Assembly (NCBI GenBank): GCA_963664325.2
Contig: CAXXDQ010000007.1
Coordinates: 64,001-128,000 of the forward strand
DNA length: 64,000 nucleotides
Reading direction: 5' to 3'
Source of the DNA: Desulfomonilia bacterium
GTDB taxonomy: Bacteria; Desulfobacterota; Desulfomonilia; UBA1062
Both the position numbers and the translations under genes were made by a program. The notes beneath the pieces are model-generated. The model was not told the origin of the DNA. It saw nothing but the letters and a program-made list of their open reading frames with translations, and searched no databases. Position 1 is the stretch's first letter; each line of letters starts with the position of its first letter. Shown here piece by piece: positions 57,315 through 64,000 of this stretch.

Positions 57315-57771
57315 GGCTCTTCTCCTTAATAAGTCTTTTCGGTAGATATTCCATAAGTATTAACATCAAATATCAAAGTACTGGAAAGAATACGCGGTTT
57401 CAAATTATTAATCTCCGTTTCCTTATTGATATCCGTCTCAATCAGGCATCCTCCAGAAATTTCTTAACAGTCAATTCATAATACTATCACAAATATAATA
57501 GTCAAACATGTACTTGGAAAAATGACAGATTAAATCATGAAAACAACGATTCTTAAGTCTATTTTGAACATTAAATTAAAGTATAAACTTATTTTCCATT
57601 TTCCCGAATGCGGTTATTCCTGTCAGTATGCCTTGTTTCCGGTAACAAACTCCATGACCGTATGGATGTTTAATCAAAAATCATTTATTGACTTTTGTAA
57701 TAATGTGCTATTGGAATGCAGAAACTTTTTATCGAAGACTCGTCAAGTAAAATGCTTAAGAGGTTACAGGA

Positions 57772-59115
57772 ATGAAACTTTATTCAAAGATGGTTCTCAT
57801 ATCAATGTTGACTGCCGGCTGTCTGATGCCATCCTTGCTTAATGCCGGTGAATATTCGCTTAATGATCTTTTCATAATAGCCCTTAAACAATCTGAAAAG
57901 ATTCAATTCTCGCAGGAAAATCTGGCGATAGCGAGAATAGGGAAGGCAAAGGCAATATCAGCGCTGATCCCCAGGGTTACAGGATATGGACAATATACTG
58001 AATATAAAAGCAAGGAGTATAGTTATAACTATATACAGTTCCCCTCGTCATTGCACATGGATCCCATTGAGATTAAATCGCTCACCCAGCCTGATTCTGC
58101 CGGAGGCTGGGGCATAAGGGCGGATGAATCATTTTCGCTGGGCCTGCGCGAGTTTACCGCTCTTTCAATGGCGGAAACAGGTATTAAGAAAAGCTCGCTG
58201 GATCTTGATAATACAAAAGAGGAGTTCATGCTGCAGGTTGCAAGGGCGTATTTTGACTGCCTGAGGTCTTCAAGACAGTATGATATTGCAAAGGCAAACC
58301 TTGAAAGGCTTACGCAATACAGGGACATGGCGGAAAAAAGGCTCAAGGTCGGTGAGGCTACAAAGACTGTACTGCTAAGGGCTGAAGGAGAACTTTCCGG
58401 CTCAAAATCAGAAATGGTTAATGCCGGCAATGCGGTCAATCTGACAAGGGCGGTGCTTGTAAGGCTGACCGGTATAGAGACGGATTTTACTTTAAAGGAA
58501 CTCGCAGTTGAAGACAGAGAATTGCCGGATCTTGAATCATTGAAGGAATCCGCATATTCAAACCGTTCTGACCTTAAAAGTTCTGATTTCGTGAAAAAAC
58601 TGGCTTCTCAGCAAAAGTCGTATGCAATAGGTTCATACTTCCCGAACGTGACATTGAGCGGCCTTTATCAAAGGACTGATATGAGTCCGGGCGACATAAA
58701 TTATGTCCCGGAAACAGCGTCATTAAGCGCTTCATTCAATTTTCCCCTCTTTGTCGGAGGGTATAGAAAAGCCGATGTGGATGAGGCACAGGCAAAATAC
58801 AAGCAGGCCTCGCTTATGTATGATGATCTCAAGAAGAACATATCGATTGAGGTGGAGACCGCATGGCTGGAAGTCAAGGCCAGGAAACAGGCAATCGGTT
58901 ATCTCAGCGATCAGGTGGCCTTTGCAAACAATAATTATTATTCCGTTTCGAGGCAGTTCGAGGTGGGACTGGCAAACAGCATTGACCTGCTCGATGCGAA
59001 TACCCTTTTGCTGACCTCTGAAAAGACCCTTACCAACGAGACATATGCACTGCAGACCGCGCTTCTGAAACTCAAAAGGGCCACCGGCGAACTGCTGAAC
59101 AGCGCCGGCAAATAG
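57772..59115 (+). CDS. TolC-family outer membrane efflux protein
   Basis: Signal peptide and two OEP repeats (VARAYF...LKVGEAT; VETAW...FEVGLANSIDLLDA). Confidence 0.92.
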   Translation: MKLYSKMVLISMLTAGCLMPSLLNAGEYSLNDLFIIALKQSEKIQFSQENLAIARIGKAKAISALIPRVTGYGQYTEYKSKEYSYNYIQFPSSLHMDPIEIKSLTQPDSAGGWGIRADESFSLGLREFTALSMAETGIKKSSLDLDNTKEEFMLQVARAYFDCLRSSRQYDIAKANLERLTQYRDMAEKRLKVGEATKTVLLRAEGELSGSKSEMVNAGNAVNLTRAVLVRLTGIETDFTLKELAVEDRELPDLESLKESAYSNRSDLKSSDFVKKLASQQKSYAIGSYFPNVTLSGLYQRTDMSPGDINYVPETASLSASFNFPLFVGGYRKADVDEAQAKYKQASLMYDDLKKNISIEVETAWLEVKARKQAIGYLSDQVAFANNNYYSVSRQFEVGLANSIDLLDANTLLLTSEKTLTNETYALQTALLKLKRATGELLNSAGK

Positions 59116-59167
59116 GTGTCAAAGATCAAACGGGAAGCTTTTGGATAAGAGAAAGGGGACAGATTTA

Positions 59168-60250
59168 ATGTTTAAAGGAAATAAAATGCGCTGGGCAGTC
59201 GTGGCAACAATCACTCTATCCGTTTTTATTGTATCAGGCTGCACGAAAAAAGAGCAGACGCAGGCTGAAAAAATCATCAATGTCAGGATTGGCGCCCCGG
59301 AAAAAAGGACGGTAAGGCCATATATAATGGCGGTCGGAACATTGAAGCCTTTTGACGAGGTGACGATAAGCCCAGAAGTCGACGGGATAATCAAGTCAAT
59401 CAATATAGACGAGGGAAAGATAGTAAAAAAAGGTGAAGTCCTGGCCGAGATAAATGATATTGATTTCAAGCTTGACCTTGAGCGTGCGGAGTCCGGGTTG
59501 AAGCAGGCCGAGGCGTCACTGGCGAATACGAAAACGGAATACGAGAGAAAAGAAACGCTCCTTAAGGAAGAGCTTGTCACGAGGCAGCAGTTCGATGATG
59601 TTTCGACAAGACGGATCATCGCATCGAGCGACCTGGACAAGGCAAGGGCAACCCTGTCTCTTGCTAAACAGAGGCTCGGCAAAACGAGGATCATATCCCC
59701 GGTAAACGGGGCTGTAAAAGAAAAAAGAATTTCAATGGGCGATTTTGCAAGGGCCTCGGTCCCTGTGGCCGTGATAATAATCATCGACCCTTTGAAGCTT
59801 GTATTTTCAATCGGCGAAAAAGACGTTTCGCGCATTAAAGCAGGCCAGGAGGTCGCCTTTACCATAGACACCTTCAAAGACCGGGAGTTTAAGGGCAAGG
59901 TAAGCACGATCTATCCGGGGCTTGATGAGAAGAGCCGCACATTAACCGTCGAGGCCCTGGTGCCGAACAGCGACCATGCCCTTAAGGCCGGTTTTTTCAC
60001 GCAGGTCAAAGTTTATACTGATACCGAGAAAGAGGCCGTCCTGATTCCGACGACGGCTGTAGTATATGACGAAAGCAAGGCCAAAGTATTCATTCTCGAC
60101 GGCAATGCCGCCCGGGAGATCATGGTCAGGCCCGGTGATACCTATGGCGATATGATGGAAATTACTGAAGGGCTGTCAGGAAATGAAAAGATCATAGTTG
60201 TGGGGCAGAATAATCTTGCGGCCGGGGTGAAGGTCAATGTCCTCAAATAG
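59168..60250 (+). CDS. RND membrane fusion (periplasmic adaptor) lipoprotein
   Basis: Lipobox VSG|C. EVDG.I....DEG..VKKG.VL, ISPVNG and LKAGFF motifs. Confidence 0.93.
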   Translation: MFKGNKMRWAVVATITLSVFIVSGCTKKEQTQAEKIINVRIGAPEKRTVRPYIMAVGTLKPFDEVTISPEVDGIIKSINIDEGKIVKKGEVLAEINDIDFKLDLERAESGLKQAEASLANTKTEYERKETLLKEELVTRQQFDDVSTRRIIASSDLDKARATLSLAKQRLGKTRIISPVNGAVKEKRISMGDFARASVPVAVIIIIDPLKLVFSIGEKDVSRIKAGQEVAFTIDTFKDREFKGKVSTIYPGLDEKSRTLTVEALVPNSDHALKAGFFTQVKVYTDTEKEAVLIPTTAVVYDESKAKVFILDGNAAREIMVRPGDTYGDMMEITEGLSGNEKIIVVGQNNLAAGVKVNVLK

Positions 60251-60254
60251 ATCT

Positions 60255-60380
60255 GTGCAGTGCAATGCTGCTTTGCGCTCTGAAGCCGTCCCTGACAGGG
60301 CAGCTGCGGTATGTATGAAAAGTACGCCCCGTGCCTTGACAATGTTGCTCCCCGGCCCTAATCGCTGCGATTTTCTGTAT
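60255..60380. repeat. Degenerate 126-bp element, copy D
   Basis: GTACGCC at offset 67 and GTTGCTCC at offset 89, the same offsets as in copy A. Termini only weakly complementary. Confidence 0.45.
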
Positions 60381-60416
60381 GCAATGGGCAGGAGCTTGTA
60401 AACGAAAGGTTAAACC

Positions 60417-63400
60417 ATGTGGATTTCTGATACGTCGATAAGAAAACCCGTATTTGCAACGATGGTGATACTGGCCCTGGTGGTGCTCGGGATAGTCAGC
60501 TATCCCAGGATCGGGGTCGACCTGTTTCCGAAAGTTGATTTTCCCATAGTAAGCATAACCACGAGGCTTACCGGCGCCAGTCCCGAGATCATGGACATGG
60601 ACGTGACCGATCAGCTTGAAGAGGCCATAAACACGATCAACGGGGTGAAGACCATCACCTCGAACAGCTATGAAGGCGTTTCCAGCATAATCGTCGAATT
60701 CGTGCTCGAAAAGGATATCGACCTTGCAGTACAGGATATCAGGGAGAAAGTTTCGGCAATCAAGTACAAGCTGCCTACCGATGTCATTGACCCGATCATC
60801 CAGAAGGTCGACCCGGATGCCAATGCGGTCCTCTGGATCAATGTCACCGGCAACCGTTCCGTTCGCGAACTCTCGACCTATGTCGATGAGGTTTTCAAGG
60901 ACAAGCTTCAGCGCATCGAGGGAGTCGGCGCCCTGACGATAGGCGGCCTGCAGAAAAGACAGATCCGGATCTGGCTTGATTCCAGCAGGATGAGGGCCTA
61001 TCAGATATCGGCCTCGGATGTTGCCGCTGTCCTGGGACGGGAAAACATGGAGCTGCCCGGGGGAAGGATCGAAGGCAATACAAAGGAATATTCGGTAAAG
61101 GTGAAAGGGACGCTCAGGAATGTTTCGGACTTCAACAACCTGGTTGTCGCTTATTACCAGAACGCACCGGTGAGGATAAAAGACATCGGCTGGGCCGAGG
61201 ACGGGGCCGAAGAAAGAAGGACGATCGCCCGGTTTAACGGCGTCCCGTCAGTCGGAGTAGGCATTCAGAAGCAGTCCGGCACGAATACCGTGGAAGTGAT
61301 AGACAGGGTTAAAAAGAACCTCGAGGCGATAAAAAAGGACCTGCCTCCAGGGTTTGCCCTGAACATAGCCTTCGACCAGTCCACCTATATCAAGCAGTCG
61401 ATCAATGAGGTTCAGAAACACCTGATCCTCGGGAGCTTCCTTGCCGTCATAGCGGTATTCGTATTCCTGAGGAATATCCGCACGACGCTCATAAGCGCTC
61501 TTGCGCTCCCGGTTTCCCTGATCTCTACATTCGCCCTTATCCGTGCATTCGGCTTCACGTTCAACAACATGACCATGCTAGGCCTCACGCTCTCGGTCGG
61601 AATACTGATCGACGATGCCATAATCGTAATAGAAAACATTTACCGCCATGTCGAGGAAGGCATGGCGCCAAAAGAGGCTGCATCCTTTGCCACTTCCGAG
61701 ATAGGCCTGGCCGTTATGGCGACGACGCTTGCGATCGTAGTCATATTCCTGCCTGTTGCATTCATGAAGGGGATAATAGGCCGTTTCTTCATGCAGTTCG
61801 CCCTGGTAGTCGTCTTCTCGATCTCGGTCTCGTTCTTCGTGTCCCTGACGCTGACGCCTATGCTTTCATCGATATTCTTAAAGCCGAAACATGAACCGGG
61901 AGGCCCGAGATTTTTACGGGCCGCCGGCAGCTTGTTTGAGCGCGGGTATAAGAAGGTCGAGGCAGCCTACAGGCCGGTACTGAGATTCTCGATAGATCAC
62001 AGGGGGATAGTGATAATATCCGCCATAGCCCTTTTTGTATTCAGCCTGTTTATCACCAGGTTCATAGGCAAGGAATTCGTACCCCAGGAAGACCAGTCGC
62101 AGTTCGTCATCAGGATGGAGGCGCCGATAGATTATTCAATCGGGAACGCCGAAGGGCTTTTTACCAAAGTCGATAACATGGTTAGAGCCGTTCCTGAAGT
62201 CAGTACAACATTTTATGTCCAGGGAATGGGGCAGGGCGGAGCCGGCCAGATAAACAAGGGTGTAATCTTTACCAGGCTCGTGCCCAAATCCAAGCGCAAA
62301 AGAACGCAGATGGAGATAATGCAGGACCTGAGGCAGAAGATGAAAGGTTTCCCCGGGCTCAAGGGAACGGCCGAGGATGTATCGTTCCTGGGCGGTGGAA
62401 TAAGGAACGTCCCTATTCAGTACGTGATAAGCGGCAGCGACCTTGTAACGCTGAAAAGAAAAACGAAAGAGATCGTTGCCGAGCTTTCCAAGGTCCCCGG
62501 CATTGTCGATGTCGATACGTCGGTAGAAGCGGGCAAACCGGAGCTGAGCATCTACATTGACCGCGACAAGGCCTCGGACCTGGGCCTGAGCATTTCCTCG
62601 ATCGCAGAGGTCATCAATCTTCTGATCAGCGGAGATACAGACATCACCAAATTCAAGGATGATGAAAAGGGAAGGCGCTATGATGTGAGGATGAGGCTTT
62701 TCCCGGGCGACAGGAAATCGCCGCAGGATTTGAACAATATATATGTCAGGGCCAAGGACGGGAAACTTGTAGAGCTGTCGAATGTCGTAACCGTAGTCCA
62801 GGCCGGAGGCCCGACAAGCATACTGCGGGTTGACCGGCAGCGCTCGATGATGATCTTTGCAAACCTTGAACAGGGCAAGCCGCTTGCCGATGCGATGAAG
62901 GACCTGAACGGAATTTCGGTCCGCATACTCCAGCCGGGCATGACGGCGCAGTACAAGGGAATGGCCGAGACAATGGGCGAATCGTTCAAGTTCCTGATGT
63001 TCGCCCTTATGCTGGGCATAATACTTGCCTACATGGTACTGGCGGCACAGTTTGAAAGCTTCATGCACCCGGTAACTGTTCTGCTGTCGATGCCTCTTTC
63101 GTTCATAGGCGCATTCGGCGCGCTGCTGATATTCGGCAAAACGATCAGCATCATGAGCCTGATAGGATTGATACTCCTGATGGGCCTGGTCAAGAAAAAC
63201 GCGATCCTGCTGATCGACTACACCAATACCCTGCGGGAGCGTGGCATGACGAGGAGAGATGCCATCCTGAATGCCGGGCCGGTCAGGCTGAGGCCGATCC
63301 TTATGACGACATTTGCCATGGTATGCGGCATGCTGCCGGTCGCGCTGGGGGTGGGCGAGGGTTCGGAGTCCAGGTCGCCCATGGGTGTGGCGGTTATCGG

Positions 63401-63584
63401 CGGACTGATAACTTCTTTGTTCCTGACACTGGCCGTAGTACCGGCTACATATGACTTGTTCGACGATCTGAAACAGAGACTTTTCAAAAAGAAGGACAAG
63501 GCCGGGAAAAAAGCCGGCATGGTTCCCGGCACATATGCCAGGCCGGATAAAAGCGGACCGCTAAGCGGCGAAAGCGAGAAATAG
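60417..63584 (+). CDS. RND efflux permease (AcrB/AcrD/AcrF family)
   Basis: SIRKPVFA, GILIDDAIIVIENI, LAAQFES and GLVKKNAILL, RLRPILMT motifs. 1055 aa. Confidence 0.96.
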   Translation: MWISDTSIRKPVFATMVILALVVLGIVSYPRIGVDLFPKVDFPIVSITTRLTGASPEIMDMDVTDQLEEAINTINGVKTITSNSYEGVSSIIVEFVLEKDIDLAVQDIREKVSAIKYKLPTDVIDPIIQKVDPDANAVLWINVTGNRSVRELSTYVDEVFKDKLQRIEGVGALTIGGLQKRQIRIWLDSSRMRAYQISASDVAAVLGRENMELPGGRIEGNTKEYSVKVKGTLRNVSDFNNLVVAYYQNAPVRIKDIGWAEDGAEERRTIARFNGVPSVGVGIQKQSGTNTVEVIDRVKKNLEAIKKDLPPGFALNIAFDQSTYIKQSINEVQKHLILGSFLAVIAVFVFLRNIRTTLISALALPVSLISTFALIRAFGFTFNNMTMLGLTLSVGILIDDAIIVIENIYRHVEEGMAPKEAASFATSEIGLAVMATTLAIVVIFLPVAFMKGIIGRFFMQFALVVVFSISVSFFVSLTLTPMLSSIFLKPKHEPGGPRFLRAAGSLFERGYKKVEAAYRPVLRFSIDHRGIVIISAIALFVFSLFITRFIGKEFVPQEDQSQFVIRMEAPIDYSIGNAEGLFTKVDNMVRAVPEVSTTFYVQGMGQGGAGQINKGVIFTRLVPKSKRKRTQMEIMQDLRQKMKGFPGLKGTAEDVSFLGGGIRNVPIQYVISGSDLVTLKRKTKEIVAELSKVPGIVDVDTSVEAGKPELSIYIDRDKASDLGLSISSIAEVINLLISGDTDITKFKDDEKGRRYDVRMRLFPGDRKSPQDLNNIYVRAKDGKLVELSNVVTVVQAGGPTSILRVDRQRSMMIFANLEQGKPLADAMKDLNGISVRILQPGMTAQYKGMAETMGESFKFLMFALMLGIILAYMVLAAQFESFMHPVTVLLSMPLSFIGAFGALLIFGKTISIMSLIGLILLMGLVKKNAILLIDYTNTLRERGMTRRDAILNAGPVRLRPILMTTFAMVCGMLPVALGVGEGSESRSPMGVAVIGGLITSLFLTLAVVPATYDLFDDLKQRLFKKKDKAGKKAGMVPGTYARPDKSGPLSGESEK

Positions 63585-63665
63585 CGCATAATTTGAACAA
63601 AAGCATATGCGGGCACACACGGCAAGCGGGCCTGCGAAATAATATGAAACCAAAGGGAGGATGTT

Positions 63666-63956
63666 ATGAAGATGGTAATGGTCGTTTATTCCGCTGCTGC
63701 TGACTATGACATCCTTAACACGCTCAAGGAGCACGGCATCAGCGGATATACCAAGCTGCAAAAGGCGTGCGGTGAGGGTACCGAGACTGAACCGAAACTC
63801 AAAACCCATACATGGCCCGGCGACAACAATATGCTTCTTATCGCGACCGGTGATGAAGATGCCAATGAAATAATCAGGATGCTGGGTGAGCTTAAGAAGA
63901 TGCATCCGCGGGCAGGCATACGCGGGTTTGTGATGCCTCTTATCGAAGCGGTCTGA
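63666..63956 (+). CDS. PII-like small protein associated with RND operons (PG0541-like)
   Basis: GI.GYT.....GEG....P....H.WPG.N and F.MP.E GlnB-like pattern. GGGAGG RBS. Confidence 0.75.
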   Translation: MKMVMVVYSAAADYDILNTLKEHGISGYTKLQKACGEGTETEPKLKTHTWPGDNNMLLIATGDEDANEIIRMLGELKKMHPRAGIRGFVMPLIEAV

Positions 63957-64000
63957 TTCCTGTGCGGGATGCATCCGGCTGCTTTCAGGCGGTTTTATTA

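Noticed and set aside
57537-57842. 101-aa ORF upstream of the tolC-family gene
   Set aside because: AT-rich, out-of-frame overlap with the efflux gene start, no RBS or motif; likely promoter DNA.
62136-63068. 310-aa minus-strand ORF
   Set aside because: Antisense to the RND permease with no protein-like features.

Overview
64 kb of a roughly 50% GC anaerobic bacterium. Gene content suggests Desulfobacterota/former Deltaproteobacteria; this is inference. Core-like blocks are the 3' end of an RND permease, the mreBCD-mrdA-rodA operon, iorAB-paaK-ACT, a type IV minor-pilin/PilY1 cluster and a TolC-MFP-RND-PII-like operon. Between them is a large, mostly minus-strand accessory catabolic region (about 7-46 kb) with five main parts. 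(i) A PadR-headed operon with a glycyl radical enzyme (GRE) of unrecognised active site, plus two SDRs, a CoA-transferase, MmgE/PrpD, an acyl-CoA dehydrogenase and SCP2. (ii) A second, different GRE with a ~65-aa basic insertion, coupled to a secreted START protein. Neither GRE has an activating enzyme in the window. (iii) An exported module of two acetoacetate-decarboxylase-fold lipoproteins flanking a Tat-exported DUF362 lipoprotein. (iv) A GH172/FucI-like/ribulokinase/GPH-permease locus that looks like D-arabinose use. (v) A Gfo/Idh/MocA-M24 fusion with an internal SD+ATG. Non-coding signals: four ~126-bp palindromic elements in the same register, heptamer repeats, a candidate anti-Shine-Dalgarno sRNA, PadR- and FadR-type operators, and an AT-rich higBA islet with a RAYT-like transposase remnant. 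No rRNA, tRNA or CRISPR array was seen. Family calls come from motif recognition by eye, not database searches.
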